64,000 nucleotides of DNA from Candidatus Fermentithermobacillaceae bacterium (GCA_012842495.1 DUSS01000009.1:98646-162645), one strand, 5' to 3'; shown: positions 9,922-20,290, counted from the stretch's first letter. Program-made: numbers and translations. The notes: generated by a model not told the origin, from the sequence alone.

Positions 9922-10567
9922 GGCATGACCTCCTCCTCGCCCGTGGCGTACGGGACCCCTGCAAGAGAAGCCGCTCCCCCAACACTATGGCGTAGAGCCT
10001 ATCCTGGGCGCGTTTCAGATCGTCATTGATGATAACATAATCGAAGATGCCGAGCTCCCTGACCTCTTCCTGCGCCATCCGGAATCGTCGTTCCATCTCC
10101 GCCTGCGTCTCGGTGCCCCGTGCCTTCATTCTTCGCTGGAGCTCCTCAAAAGAGGGAGCAAGCACGAATATAAAAATAGCATCGGGGCAACGCTTTTTCA
10201 AGGTTTTGGCACCCTGGACGTCTTTCTCTATTATAACGTCCCAACCCGACTTCCTTGCCCTTTCCAGATCCTCGCCGGGAGTGCCGTAAAGGTTGCCATA
10301 GACTTCGGCCCATTCGATGAACGTTCCCTGGCGCTCCAGGGCTAAGAACTCCTCTTTGGTGACGAACTTATAGTCGACTCCGTCGATTTCGCCGGGTCTG
10401 GGAGCTCTTGTAGTCACGGAAGGGCAGAACTTGAGTCCTTTGTCTCGTTCAAGCAAAGCTTTCCTCAGCGTCCCTTTGCCGCAGCCTGAGGGCGCCGATA
10501 AGACGAAAAGCAGTCCTCTTCCCCGATCAAACACGTCTTCGACTCTCCGATTCCCCTTCGTGGGCAT
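9755..10567 (-). CDS. gmk: guanylate kinase (ORF reads ~60 codons past the expected C-terminus and overlaps rpoZ)
   Basis: P-loop [16 protein letters not shown] plus GMP-binding motifs. Likely start MPTKG... at 10567. The protein-like sequence ends near ...AIVLGERLL; the ORF then continues as low-complexity sequence to 9755, which suggests a lost stop or indel. Confidence 0.75.
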   Translation of the reverse strand: MPTKGNRRVEDVFDRGRGLLFVLSAPSGCGKGTLRKALLERDKGLKFCPSVTTRAPRPGEIDGVDYKFVTKEEFLALERQGTFIEWAEVYGNLYGTPGEDLERARKSGWDVIIEKDVQGAKTLKKRCPDAIFIFVLAPSFEELQRRMKARGTETQAEMERRFRMAQEEVRELGIFDYVIINDDLKRAQDRLYAIVLGERLLLQGSRTPRARRRSCHAQSAYREPGEKGELQVCPGDRDREESQADSGDQKAESSRYQESCDRCFDGDLGG

Positions 10568-10811
10568 CTTCGTCCGCTTCCACGCGCGCAGCAACGGTTT
10601 CCGGATGGACTGCGCAAAGTATGACGTGACCCGAGTCGGTGATGATCACCGCTCGGGTACGTCTGCCTTGCGTCGCGTCAACCAGCATTCCGCGGTCCCT
10701 GGCATCGGCCACTATCCTCCGCACGGGAGCGGAGTCAGGAGAAACCATTGCTACGATCCTATTGGCGTGAACTATGTTTCCAAAGCCGATGGAGACCATT
10801 CTGGGTTTCAT
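10527..10811 (-). CDS. remA: RemA/DUF370 family regulatory protein
   Basis: 94 aa, [27 protein letters not shown]...[25 protein letters not shown], the RemA (YlzA) signature; conserved position upstream of gmk. Confidence 0.8.
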   Translation of the reverse strand: MKPRMVSIGFGNIVHANRIVAMVSPDSAPVRRIVADARDRGMLVDATQGRRTRAVIITDSGHVILCAVHPETVAARVEADEDAHEGESESRRRV

Positions 10812-10890
10812 GTTTCCGCGAGTTGACCGGCTGCCAAAGCTGCCTTATCTACTAGGCGGCATTCCTATCCGTCGCCACCCCGCTACCCTC

Positions 10891-11199
10891 TTACTTGGCC
10901 AGCCGCTCGAGCAAAGCCTCCTTCTGTCTCTTGCCCAGCCCTTGCACTCTCCTGGATTCATCGATCCCGACTTCTTCCATGATCTTCTCGGCTTTCACCT
11001 TGCCGATCCGGGGCAGAGACCTCAGGAGATATGATACCCTCATGCGACCGATAACAGGATTGTCTTTTTCGAGGATTTCCGCGAAGGAAATGTCGCCCCT
11101 CTTCAGTTTGTTCCTGAGATCGGCACGGGCCCGTCTCATTTCCTGAGCCTTCTCCAGCGCCTTTTTCTTCTGCTCCGGCGTAAGTTTGGGTAGTGCCAT
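10891..11199 (-). CDS. integration-host-factor-like (mIHF-type) DNA-binding protein
   Basis: MALPKLTPEQKKKALEKAQEMRRARADLRNKLKRGDISFAEIL...VSYLLRSLPRIGKVKAEKIM resembles actinobacterial-type mIHF, which lies upstream of gmk. Strong SD AGGAGGAGGG precedes the ATG at 11199. Confidence 0.7.
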   Translation of the reverse strand: MALPKLTPEQKKKALEKAQEMRRARADLRNKLKRGDISFAEILEKDNPVIGRMRVSYLLRSLPRIGKVKAEKIMEEVGIDESRRVQGLGKRQKEALLERLAK

Positions 11200-11311
11200 A
11201 ATTTCCCTCCTCCTTACCATCCTCTCCGTAATGTAACGAGCCAACAGTCTATGTCAACCTTTACCTGCTTATTCGCTGTAAATTGGAAAAATCCTCTTTG
11301 TGATGTCTTTA

Positions 11312-11372
11312 CCCCTTAAAATAAGCACCCTGCCGCCTGATCCCGGTTCAATGTGTGTTCAGGACGGCAGGT
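11312..11372 (-). terminator. rho-independent terminator downstream of the CBM25-like gene
   Basis: On the minus-strand RNA: CCUGCCG-(29 nt with inner CCUGA/UCAGG stem)-CGGCAGG followed by GUGCUUAUUUUAAGG. Confidence 0.6.
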
Positions 11373-11508
11373 CCGCTCGTGCCCGAGACTTGGCCGGCAA
11401 CCACCCAAGACGATGGGGGAAATTTGCTCCCGAGAGAAAGGCCGGTCCGGTTCCTTGCGTTAGTTACTATCTTGGTCAGACCCGGCGACCCGGGTCGTTC
11501 TCGGGTTG

Positions 11509-11835
11509 TTATCGCTTGACAATGGGCTGGGTCCAATTCCAGCCATTGTTATTGTCCCAGTGGTCCGCCGAATCCTTAAAGCAGAAGTTCAGGTCCCTTT
11601 CGCCTTCTACCAAGATCCTCGCGGAAAACGATCCGTCGGGCATCTTCGACATCGGAACCGTTTTGGGGTTTTTCCAGTTATCGAAGCCGTAGTGGAGGTA
11701 CGTCCGGTCGGCGCCGCTCTTGGCTAAAAGACCCCTGTAACCCACCTCGACCGTTTGACCTTTCACCGGGGGATTCGGGTTTACCCAGATTCTGTCGTCC
11801 ACGTTCACACCTCCAATCGATCTTTGTTTCACCAT
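11509..11835 (-). CDS. small stand-alone starch-binding-module-like protein (CBM25/26-like)
   Basis: 108 aa; YLHYGFDNWKN...FCFKDSADHWDNNNGWNW matches the aromatic platform pattern of CBM25-type starch-binding domains; adjacent to a GH15 gene. Confidence 0.5.
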   Translation of the reverse strand: MVKQRSIGGVNVDDRIWVNPNPPVKGQTVEVGYRGLLAKSGADRTYLHYGFDNWKNPKTVPMSKMPDGSFSARILVEGERDLNFCFKDSADHWDNNNGWNWTQPIVKR

Positions 11836-11890
11836 GGTTAGTCTCTCCCCGAGTGTCCCGGTTTAGACCCCGAGTCCGGGAGAAGAAAGC

Positions 11891-14209
11891 TCATCGTAGG
11901 GAGTTGACGAGGTCCAAGAAACACCCGTGCGACCATGCGAGCGGCATCACCGAGAGAGGTTTGAGGGTCCCGGGGTGGACCTGCTCGGGAAAGGCACCCG
12001 ACGGGGAAGCTACACTGGTAAACCACCGCAGCTCTACCGGGAGTTCGGGATTTTCCTCATGACGCCTCCGGGAGTATTGGCCATCCGTCGAAACTAACTC
12101 AATGCCCCGGAGCCTATCCGTAGCTTGAGACACATCTTCGCCTTCCTGGGTCTCGTGAGCAGTGTCTGCTCCGGCTGCTGCCGGCAAGACTGGAGACGAC
12201 ATGTACCTCGCCAGCACGTCCTCGGGCCGCAGTACTCCCAGGACCATCCCCGCCTGAAGGTACCACACGGTGGTTATTATCCAGGGGTTACCCGGGTAGT
12301 TGAAGTTTTCCTGGCGCCAGTACCAGTCGCCGGAATACCGGGCCATACCTCCCCCGGTAAACAGGGCACGCCCTACCCGGCTTCTGGTTTCCACGAGTGT
12401 TTTCCACAGCCTACCAGAGCCGCGCCTTTCGTGTTCAGCCAGTCCACTTTCTCCGAGCACCACCGGTATCAAAAAGAGGCTGGCGTCGTCCACGAGCTCG
12501 CCAGGAGAACGGAAAATGCCCTGGTTATTTCGGGAAAAATTGTTTACAAGACCTTCGAGGAGGTCCAGGGCGGCTTCCGCGAGTATCCCTGTTCCGCGGA
12601 TACCAAGGGCACGAGATATCTTCGCAGCAGACCATAGCCCGGCCGCCGTCGCCGCCTGGGTAAACGCAAAACTCCCAAGCCGCTCCTCCCATAAGTCGTA
12701 CGAAGCCAGGACCACCTGTCCGTCCGGGTGGCGGTAAGAGCAAAGGAACTCCGCCGCAGGTCTTATCAATGAGGAGTACAAACTCTGTAGAGTATCGAGA
12801 TCCCCCGTGGCATCCAGATAGAGGCCAGCTGTCATAAGGGTAAGAGCTGTCTCGTCGGCTTGGATGGGAAGACTCCCTGGCTGCTGGAACCAGGGATGCC
12901 AGCCCGAGCCCCTCGTACCGTCCGGTCTGTATCGTTGCCAGAAAAAACCCCGCTCGTGGATGCATTCGGCGGCAAACTTCAAGTACATCCGGGCTACGTG
13001 CGTGATTCCGCACTTTAACAGCGCATTGGCCACCATAGCTGCGTCCCTCGGCCAAACGTATCTGTAATGGTCCCTGTAGTCCGTCATGATGTCGTCATCG
13101 CACGAAGCCACTATGGCACCGTTTTCGCTCCAGTGAGCAGAGGCGATGAGAAGGGATGAGTTGTAAAGATATTCCAGGTTCTCGAGGCAGGCTGGCGGTT
13201 CAAATCCCTTTGTACGCCGTGTGGTCGCAGCCCACATTTCGTCCGATTCGCCGGTTCCCGCGTCACGGGGTAGCTCCGTTCCCGATGTACCGGGTCCCCC
13301 TTCGTCCGCCCGCGTGCGCTTGACGCTGGCCGCGTTCGCTTCTGCAAAAGGTCTGCCTCCGGTGGGGCAATCTTCCCGCGCTGCACCGGTCCCGGGTTCT
13401 CCCGGCAACACCTTCCAAAGGAATCCCCTTGGCAGCAGGTACCGTTTCCAGTAATGCCGTGTCCTCGCGGAAATCCCCGAAAAGCCGAGGACGAGACCTT
13501 CATCGAGAGCCCGGTCCGCGTCTTCTTTGTTCGAGCCCAGGGCTGCCACGTAATTCAGGCGCACCGGTCCCCTCAACGACCCGGAAACTCCAATGGCGCT
13601 TTCCACATAACCGTGATCCACCGGATTTCCCAGCACTCTTGGAGCGTCGGGCAGAAATCTTACGCCTCCGTCCCTCACCTTGGCCGCCACACCATGAACC
13701 TCTAGCTCTCCAAGAGAGCACGTCGATTCCGATGCCGCATCCGGTTCGAGGATAAGGGAATGAGCTATCCATATGCTTCCTTTGTAATGATATAACCTCT
13801 TTTCCTCTGGCGACCAAGCCGCGCACTCACCGACCGTAGTCTCTCCGATGGCGTATCTGTGCCGGAAGAATACGGTGATGTCTCCGGAAAAGTCGCTTAC
13901 GACAAAGGAGCGGACCCAGACGGGAACGTACGGATCCACTGCATCTTGAACCAAGTCAAAAGGTAACGATTTGCTCACAGCACGCTTCCACGTTACGACC
14001 ATGCCGCGTTCGTAACGGGCCGTGACCTCATCCTTTTCCCTGAATAGAGGCGCCCACTTCCCGCTCCACAGGAAAACTCCGGTTCCTTCCCCGTGGCACA
14101 CGTGGTTCAAAAGCCCAACCACGGGGAAAAAGAGTTCCCGCATCGTCCCCGTCTCGTCGAAGGTTACGCACAACCTTCCGTTGGAAAGTAGAACCGACCT
14201 TATCGTCAT
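11891..14209 (-). CDS. glycoside hydrolase family 15 (glucoamylase/glucodextranase-like) protein
   Basis: GH15 catalytic (alpha/alpha)6 region with YRYVWPRDAAM and WEE motifs and an N-terminal beta-sandwich domain. Probable start MTIRSV at 14209 after a GGGGG SD. Contains a low-complexity G/T/E/P-rich insertion. Confidence 0.8.
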   Translation of the reverse strand: MTIRSVLLSNGRLCVTFDETGTMRELFFPVVGLLNHVCHGEGTGVFLWSGKWAPLFREKDEVTARYERGMVVTWKRAVSKSLPFDLVQDAVDPYVPVWVRSFVVSDFSGDITVFFRHRYAIGETTVGECAAWSPEEKRLYHYKGSIWIAHSLILEPDAASESTCSLGELEVHGVAAKVRDGGVRFLPDAPRVLGNPVDHGYVESAIGVSGSLRGPVRLNYVAALGSNKEDADRALDEGLVLGFSGISARTRHYWKRYLLPRGFLWKVLPGEPGTGAAREDCPTGGRPFAEANAASVKRTRADEGGPGTSGTELPRDAGTGESDEMWAATTRRTKGFEPPACLENLEYLYNSSLLIASAHWSENGAIVASCDDDIMTDYRDHYRYVWPRDAAMVANALLKCGITHVARMYLKFAAECIHERGFFWQRYRPDGTRGSGWHPWFQQPGSLPIQADETALTLMTAGLYLDATGDLDTLQSLYSSLIRPAAEFLCSYRHPDGQVVLASYDLWEERLGSFAFTQAATAAGLWSAAKISRALGIRGTGILAEAALDLLEGLVNNFSRNNQGIFRSPGELVDDASLFLIPVVLGESGLAEHERRGSGRLWKTLVETRSRVGRALFTGGGMARYSGDWYWRQENFNYPGNPWIITTVWYLQAGMVLGVLRPEDVLARYMSSPVLPAAAGADTAHETQEGEDVSQATDRLRGIELVSTDGQYSRRRHEENPELPVELRWFTSVASPSGAFPEQVHPGTLKPLSVMPLAWSHGCFLDLVNSLR

Positions 14210-14308
14210 GACCCCCGGATAATTCTTTCTCGAATAAAACCCTTGCTTATTCCTAATATCTAGTACAGATTCAGCATCACCCGAGTACCGATTTGGCAGG
14301 AGGAAAGC

Positions 14309-15310
14309 ATGTACACCTGGATCTGGATCCCCATTGCGGCGGGGGTTTTCGTCATAGCTCTGGTAGTACTGCGGCGGCTTCTGCGCGTCCGCCGCTCGGG
14401 CGTTACTCGCCTGGTCCGTGGAAGCTCGCCCGGGCATGTCGGACGCGAAGGCGCCCGGCAAGGTGCCCGCGGCGCCTACCCCCGGTGGCTCCCGGCCGGA
14501 AAGACTCTTCGCAGCGTGATGAAGGCGAAGAGAGCTCTCCCCAAAGAAGTCGAGCTCGCATGGGAGGCTTCCGAGATCATCGATATCCAGCCGGGTGCCT
14601 ACGCTCGGACGGGCAAGGAACCTGCCCCCTGGGAGAAGCCTGGAGCATCAAGTGAGACGTCTATTCCGGAGCAAGCCATGATCTCTGACGTTCGCGTAGG
14701 CGCCGGCGCAGAAGGCACGTCCGGTGCCCAGGCGGGTGCCGGTGGAAAACGGCAAGGCACCTCCCAACCTCCTTCCGTCCCCCAAGCGCTACCGGTGCCT
14801 TCGGGTGAGCTTAAACCCGGCGACCGTCTGGGACGAGAGGAGAGGTATCAACTCCCTTCGCGCTACGGGGTTGATAGGCTGGTGCTCCTGGCGAGAGACC
14901 CGTACTGGCTTTACGCTTACTGGGAGATAACCCATCAGAAGTACGCGGAAATGCGTGACAGGCACCTGCGGGAATGGGACCTCTCCAGACCGTTACTGCG
15001 CCTGTCGGATATCACTCCCGGCGTCCCGCAGGAGCAGCGGTATCTCGACATTTACATAACGGATGAGGCCGATAACTGGTACATTCACGTGGGAAGGCCC
15101 CGTCACACGCTGTTCGCAGAAATCGGCAGGCTCCTACCGCACTCCGTTTTTGTTCCGTTGGTGCGGTCCAACGTGGTTACGCTGCCCCCCGACTCGGTAT
15201 CGGGAGAGATATCGGAAGAGTGGGCGCCTGTGGAGTGGCCGGGACGGTACCCGAGATACAGGCGGGAAATAGGATTGAGCTCGCCCTGGTTTTGGGGGCA
15301 TCGGACATGA
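14309..15310 (+). CDS. DUF4912 domain protein (N-terminal TM helix)
   Basis: YGVDRLVLLARDPYWLYAYWEI is the DUF4912 signature. The stop overlaps the GH57 start (ATGA), a co-occurrence typical for GH57 branching enzymes. Confidence 0.7.
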   Translation: MYTWIWIPIAAGVFVIALVVLRRLLRVRRSGVTRLVRGSSPGHVGREGARQGARGAYPRWLPAGKTLRSVMKAKRALPKEVELAWEASEIIDIQPGAYARTGKEPAPWEKPGASSETSIPEQAMISDVRVGAGAEGTSGAQAGAGGKRQGTSQPPSVPQALPVPSGELKPGDRLGREERYQLPSRYGVDRLVLLARDPYWLYAYWEITHQKYAEMRDRHLREWDLSRPLLRLSDITPGVPQEQRYLDIYITDEADNWYIHVGRPRHTLFAEIGRLLPHSVFVPLVRSNVVTLPPDSVSGEISEEWAPVEWPGRYPRYRREIGLSSPWFWGHRT

Positions 15311-16884
15311 CGAAAGGATTATTGTGCCTCATCCTCCACGCCCACCTGCCTTTCGTGAAGCATCCCGAGCACGACAACTCTTACGAAGAGAGGTGGCTCT
15401 ACTCGGCGGTGACCGAGTCGTACATCCCTCTTCTCAGGGTTTTTAACGACCTGGCCGAGGATGACATTCCCTTCCGGATCACCGTGTCGCTGTCGCCTCC
15501 CCTTCTCGAGATGCTCTCGGACGGATTCCTGATAGGCAGGTACGTTAAGCACCTCGATACCCTTCTTCGCCTGGCCGAAAAAGAAGTGGGACGAACCTCT
15601 TCCGACCCGACTTTGAATTCGTTGGCCCGGCGCAACCTCGCGGAGCTCCAGAGCATCCGATGGATCCTCGAGGACAGGTTCCGCTTCGACCTGGTAAAAC
15701 CCTGGCGCGACCTTGAGTGCGCCGGCTACCTCGAACTCATCACGTCGGCGGCGACTCACGGGTACCTTCCCCTCATGCTGAGAAGAGAGTCTGTGAAAGC
15801 TCAGGTGGTGACGGGGTCGAAGGTTTTCCGGCGACACTTCGGCCACGAGCCCCTCGGGTTCTGGCTTCCGGAGTGCGCCTATACCCCGGTCGCCGAGCCG
15901 TTTCTCAAGAAAGAAGGCATCCGGTACTTCGTTCTGGAAACCCACGGAGTCCTTCACGCATCCCCCCGGCCGAAGTACGGGTTTTACGCGCCCATAGTGA
16001 CCCCAGAGAGACTTCTCTGTTTCGGGCGGGACCCCGATTGCTCCAAGCAAGTCTGGAGCCAGGACGAGGGCTACCCTGGCGATCCCTGGTACCGGGACTT
16101 TTACAGAGACATCGGTTACGATTTGCCCCAAGACTACCTCGGCGAAGCGCTGCCGGGAGGCGCACGGGCGCCTGTAGGTCTCAAGTACTGGCGCATAACT
16201 GAAAAGCGCAGCGCCCATAAGGAGATCTACCGGCCTGAAATAGCAAGAGAGCGAGCATGGGAGCACGCCGGAAACTTTATGTTCTGGAGAACCCGGGAAG
16301 CTCAGTGGTGGTCGAGCGTCCTGGGACGGAGCCCGGTGATGGTGGCTCCCTATGACGCGGAGCTCTTCGGCCACTGGTGGTACGAAGGCCCCATGTGGCT
16401 TGAGTTCTTCATCCGTCGAATGTACCGGGAGCAGCGTGACGTAGTGATGATATCTCCTTCCCAATATCCCGAGTTCTACCCCATTAACCAGGTAGCTCGC
16501 CCCGCCGAATCCAGCTGGGGGTATAAGGGCTACCACGAAGTGTGGCTTGAGGGCTCAAACGACTGGATTTACCGGCACCTGCACCACGCGGAAGATCGCA
16601 TGATCGAAGTGGCCAGGCGCTGGAAAAACGCAAGAGGCCTTCGTTTCAGGGCCCTGTGCCAGGCTGCGAGGGAGCTCCTTCTCGCCCAGTCCTCGGACTG
16701 GCCGTTCATCATGAAAACGGGCACGGTGCCGGCGTACGCCAGGCACCGCTTCATCACGCACATGGGAAGGTTCCAGAGACTCCTCAAGGAAATTGAGGAG
16801 GGAGCGGTAGACCCCCTGTTTCTCAAGGTACTCGAAGAGACCGACAGCTTGTTTCCCGACGTGGACTACCGGGTCTACGCGTAA
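15307..16884 (+). CDS. GH57-family 1,4-alpha-glucan branching enzyme
   Basis: MTKGLLCLILHAHLPFVKHPE..., ERWLYSAVTESYIPLL, and the family's catalytic Glu/Asp context (WLPECAY, WSQDEGYPGDPWYRDFYRD). Confidence 0.85.
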   Translation: MTKGLLCLILHAHLPFVKHPEHDNSYEERWLYSAVTESYIPLLRVFNDLAEDDIPFRITVSLSPPLLEMLSDGFLIGRYVKHLDTLLRLAEKEVGRTSSDPTLNSLARRNLAELQSIRWILEDRFRFDLVKPWRDLECAGYLELITSAATHGYLPLMLRRESVKAQVVTGSKVFRRHFGHEPLGFWLPECAYTPVAEPFLKKEGIRYFVLETHGVLHASPRPKYGFYAPIVTPERLLCFGRDPDCSKQVWSQDEGYPGDPWYRDFYRDIGYDLPQDYLGEALPGGARAPVGLKYWRITEKRSAHKEIYRPEIARERAWEHAGNFMFWRTREAQWWSSVLGRSPVMVAPYDAELFGHWWYEGPMWLEFFIRRMYREQRDVVMISPSQYPEFYPINQVARPAESSWGYKGYHEVWLEGSNDWIYRHLHHAEDRMIEVARRWKNARGLRFRALCQAARELLLAQSSDWPFIMKTGTVPAYARHRFITHMGRFQRLLKEIEEGAVDPLFLKVLEETDSLFPDVDYRVYA

Positions 16885-16903
16885 AAGATCAGCGGCGAGC
16901 GTC

Positions 16904-17539
16904 CTAACGGGTCCCCGCAGGCGTCAACGGCTCGAAAAACACGTTGCCGCTGACCGTTTGGATCTGGATGGTGCACCCACCCCCGCCTACCCGGCCTCCT
17001 AACTCCCCACGGGCCGTTTTCGACCCGGGCTTCGATTCCACGTCCAGCCGGACATCGTATCCGGCATCCTTGAGATGGTTATAAATCTCGCCGCTCGTGC
17101 AACGGACGGATATGGTCGCGCACATCTCCGGACTCACGTGCACCTTCACGTCTCCGCCGGACATGCTCACGTCAACCACCTTTGTGCTCTCCTTCAGGAG
17201 CAGCGTCACATTGCCTGAGGTCGTGTCGCAATCGACCTCTTTTTCCGCGGGGTCAATGAAAACGTTCCCGCTCACCGTGCGCACTCTCAAATTCCCCGCG
17301 CAGCGGAGAATCCGGAGGTCGCCCGAGACGCCGTTGATATCGAGATTAAGCGACGCCGGAACCGTGATCCGGCCTTTGCCGCTGACGCTGATGTTCCTCA
17401 TAGGACCCGCGGGCGGTAATAATTCAACCGTCAGTCGCCCAACCGACCTGCGCACGTTGAAGGCGAACCCCTGGACTATCCGCCTGGCCTCTTCCTCGGT
17501 GGCCGTCCTTACATGGTATGAGTTCCCAAGCCGGTGCAC
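16904..17539 (-). CDS. DUF4097 beta-helical repeat protein (YvlB-like putative adhesin)
   Basis: Repeated VSG(D/N)V...V strand motifs of the DUF4097 family. Confidence 0.6.
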   Translation of the reverse strand: MHRLGNSYHVRTATEEEARRIVQGFAFNVRRSVGRLTVELLPPAGPMRNISVSGKGRITVPASLNLDINGVSGDLRILRCAGNLRVRTVSGNVFIDPAEKEVDCDTTSGNVTLLLKESTKVVDVSMSGGDVKVHVSPEMCATISVRCTSGEIYNHLKDAGYDVRLDVESKPGSKTARGELGGRVGGGGCTIQIQTVSGNVFFEPLTPAGTR

Positions 17540-17828
17540 CCGTTAATTCGATAGGTTGTGGGGCCAAAGCTGCCAATCCTACCCAATGGACCGGTGCGCG
17601 GCATCATGGTGTCACTGCTATAAATGCTGATTTAGCAGGTCAGGTATTCACCAGCGTTCTCCGCCCACGCAAGGTAACGCCGGCTTACACCAGGGAGGAA
17701 AACGGAAAGCTCCCGGCGTAATCGCCCTGGCGGGGCCGTATCGCCCCGCTCCTTTGCACGAGTTAAGGTCCGACGTCGCCTCCGGTACGGAGACGCCGGA
17801 TTCGAAGAACGGAAAGAGGTATCGGAAA

Positions 17829-19184
17829 ATGCCGGACGTGCTCCTTGTCACGCCTCCGCGCCCTCTCAGGCTGGTGCGAGAGGAGGTCGGGGAAAACCTC
17901 GGCCTGGGCTTTCTCGCTTCCCTCCTACGGAAGCGGGGTATCTCCGTGGAGATCCTGGATGGTTCGCTGTCAGGTTGGAGCATCAGGAAGATGGCCGGCG
18001 AAGTCCGGGCGCGCGATTTCAAGGTGCTGGGAGTCTCGCTGGTGCTTCCTTCCCTGGTCAAGCCCGGATTCCAGCTGATCCGGGCGGTCACCCGCTCAAA
18101 GTCGGGTGCAAAAACCCGCGACAGGTCTTTCTTGGTGGCCGTCGGGGGACATACGCCGTCTCTGGCGTGGAGAGAAACGCTTTCCGCATGTTCCGAGATA
18201 GACGCGGTTGTCCGGGGTGAAGGCGAGTTGACCTTCGTCGAACTCGTGGAAAAAGTGCTCGGAGGACGGGACTGGGAGGATACGTCCGGAATCGCGTTTT
18301 TGCGCGACGGGACTCCCATCGCCAACCCGCCCCGAGACCTCATCGCCGATCTCGACGAGCTTCCCCCGCCCGACCATGACCTTTTACCACAGGTACTTTC
18401 CCGGGGCGGCCATGCAACGATTTACTCATCCCGGGGATGCTACGGTAAGTGCTCCTTCTGCAGTATCAGGGCATTTTACGAGATTGGCCCCGGGCCTAAG
18501 TGGAGAGCTATGTCGCCGGGAGCCGTAGTCGACGAAATCGAGCGCCTCCACCGGGATTACGGCGCAGATGAGTTTCGCTTCAGCGACGACAACTTCATCG
18601 GTCCGGGGCGGGCCGGCAAAGAGCGGGGGTTTGAAATCGGCAGGGAGATCATCAGGAGAGGCCTCAAGGTGCGTTTCATGATTTCTGCTCGGGCCGACAA
18701 CGTCGACCGGGATCTCCTCGCGCTTCTCAAAGAAGCCGGCTTGAGGCAGGTTTTCCTCGGGGTAGAGGCGGGAGTCCAGACCATGCTCGACCGCTTCAAC
18801 AAAGGTGTCACAGTAGAAGAAAACCGCCGGGCCGTATCCATCATCCGGGAGCTCGGGATCGAGCCCGTAATCGGGTTCATTCTCTTCGACCCGGATACCA
18901 CCACCCAGGAGCTTTTCGACAACCTCACCTTCTTGAAAAGCATCGGCCTGACCGAAGGCGGTTTGAATTCCCGGCTAGACGTTTTGAACCGCCTGGAGGT
19001 CTATCCGGGAACTCCCGCGGAACAGAAGCTGAAGCTGGAAGGAAACCTCAGGGGCGATTTCACCGATTACCGTTACAGGTTCCGCGATCCGGTGGTATCC
19101 CTCATCTATCACAGCCTGCGGGCATTTCAGCGTATATCCATACCCATCAGGAGGGCCTTTATGTCCCGGTCCCGGGTATCGTGA
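17829..19184 (+). CDS. B12-binding domain radical SAM protein (class B rSAM)
   Basis: N-terminal Rossmann-like B12-binding region (VLLVTPP..., VLGVSLV) followed by CYGKCSFC (CxxxCxxC) radical SAM cluster motif. ATG at 17829 follows an AGAGG SD. Confidence 0.8.
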   Translation: MPDVLLVTPPRPLRLVREEVGENLGLGFLASLLRKRGISVEILDGSLSGWSIRKMAGEVRARDFKVLGVSLVLPSLVKPGFQLIRAVTRSKSGAKTRDRSFLVAVGGHTPSLAWRETLSACSEIDAVVRGEGELTFVELVEKVLGGRDWEDTSGIAFLRDGTPIANPPRDLIADLDELPPPDHDLLPQVLSRGGHATIYSSRGCYGKCSFCSIRAFYEIGPGPKWRAMSPGAVVDEIERLHRDYGADEFRFSDDNFIGPGRAGKERGFEIGREIIRRGLKVRFMISARADNVDRDLLALLKEAGLRQVFLGVEAGVQTMLDRFNKGVTVEENRRAVSIIRELGIEPVIGFILFDPDTTTQELFDNLTFLKSIGLTEGGLNSRLDVLNRLEVYPGTPAEQKLKLEGNLRGDFTDYRYRFRDPVVSLIYHSLRAFQRISIPIRRAFMSRSRVS

Positions 19185-19380
19185 ATCCTACGGTGGTCCC
19201 TGGCTGCCATCGTGGGTCGAGGTAATCCATAGGGTCCGATGAAATCAACCTTACGAGCCTGGCCTGTCCGTCTGTCATTTCGAGGACGAATGTTCTCGGC
19301 CCCAGGTTCACGGTGAAGTAGTGAGGTTCTTCCCCGGCCTGGAAGATGAGTTCCGTCGGGTATATCGTGTAGAGCATCAT
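19159..19380 (-). CDS. ylzJ: YlzJ-like small protein
   Basis: 73 aa, MMLYTIYPTELIF..., immediately downstream of a tepA-like gene as in the Bacillus tepA–ylzJ pair. Confidence 0.5.
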   Translation of the reverse strand: MMLYTIYPTELIFQAGEEPHYFTVNLGPRTFVLEMTDGQARLVRLISSDPMDYLDPRWQPGTTVGFTIPGTGT

Positions 19381-19396
19381 GCATCATCCTCCGAGC

Positions 19397-20167
19397 CTAA
19401 CCCGGCTTAGTGGACCCGGCCAGAGCTTTGAGCTTGGCGACGGCTTGTTCCAGCCCACCGACCTCGTCGATGAGGCCGACTTCGACGGCTTCCTTTCCCA
19501 CGAGCACAGTGCCTATGTCGTTGGCAAGTTCGCCGGTCCTGAACATGAGCTCCCTGAATTTCTCTTCCGAGATCTTGGAGTTTCCAACCACAAACCGTAT
19601 GACCCGGTCCTGCATTTTTTCAAGGTATTCGTAAGTTTGGGGGACGCCCAGCACCGTCCCGGCAAGTCTTATGGGATGCACTGTCACCGTGGCCGTATCG
19701 GTGATGAAGGACCAGTCCGCGGCTACGGCGATGGGTACACCGATGCTGTGGCCGCCACCGAGAACAAGGGAGACCACGGGTTTGGACATGCTGGCAATTA
19801 GTTCGGCGATGGCCAGGCCCGCTTCCACATCGCCTCCTACGGTGTTCAGCAGTACGAGAAGGCCCGTGACATCCGGGCTTTCCTCCACCCCTACCAGCTG
19901 CGGGAGCACGTGCTCGTATTTGGTGGTCTTATTCTGCGAGGGAAGGACGATATGCCCCTCAACCTGGCCTATGATGGGGAGGCAGAATATCCTGCTCTTT
20001 GGGGTAGGAACCTCCGGCGTACCGAGTTCACGGACATTGTCGGCACGTTCCTTTGCAGTTTCGACCGATACCACTCTCGACCTATCCCCTCTGTTGCGTT
20101 CGGACTTGGGGCCTCCTGCTTCATGAGTTCTTGGCCTTGAGTTTGAGCTCGTGAGGCACCCGGCCAC
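19397..20167 (-). CDS. tepA: ClpP-family protein, translocation-enhancing protein TepA-like
   Basis: ClpP/crotonase fold region ([22 protein letters not shown]...[14 protein letters not shown]). Confidence 0.7.
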   Translation of the reverse strand: MAGCLTSSNSRPRTHEAGGPKSERNRGDRSRVVSVETAKERADNVRELGTPEVPTPKSRIFCLPIIGQVEGHIVLPSQNKTTKYEHVLPQLVGVEESPDVTGLLVLLNTVGGDVEAGLAIAELIASMSKPVVSLVLGGGHSIGVPIAVAADWSFITDTATVTVHPIRLAGTVLGVPQTYEYLEKMQDRVIRFVVGNSKISEEKFRELMFRTGELANDIGTVLVGKEAVEVGLIDEVGGLEQAVAKLKALAGSTKPG

Positions 20168-20290
20168 TAGTATTCCCGAAACTCGACATCTCTGTGACAG
20201 CGGCGGAACGTTTATGGAGTCTCATGGGGGCTCGGGGACTCCCGAGCAGTTGGAGGTCTCAAGCGTGAGAACGAGCTCCGTTCCCCGACC

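Noticed and set aside
17540-17828. 290-nt leader before the first B12-radical SAM gene (considered as cobalamin riboswitch)
   Set aside because: Lacks the conserved cobalamin aptamer segments and B12 box. Contains only a short GCGGGG…CCCCGC hairpin.
19127-19387. 86-aa ORF overlapping the ylzJ-like gene in another frame
   Set aside because: Arg/His-rich low-complexity product. The overlapping 73-aa frame matches the YlzJ-like family and its position after tepA.
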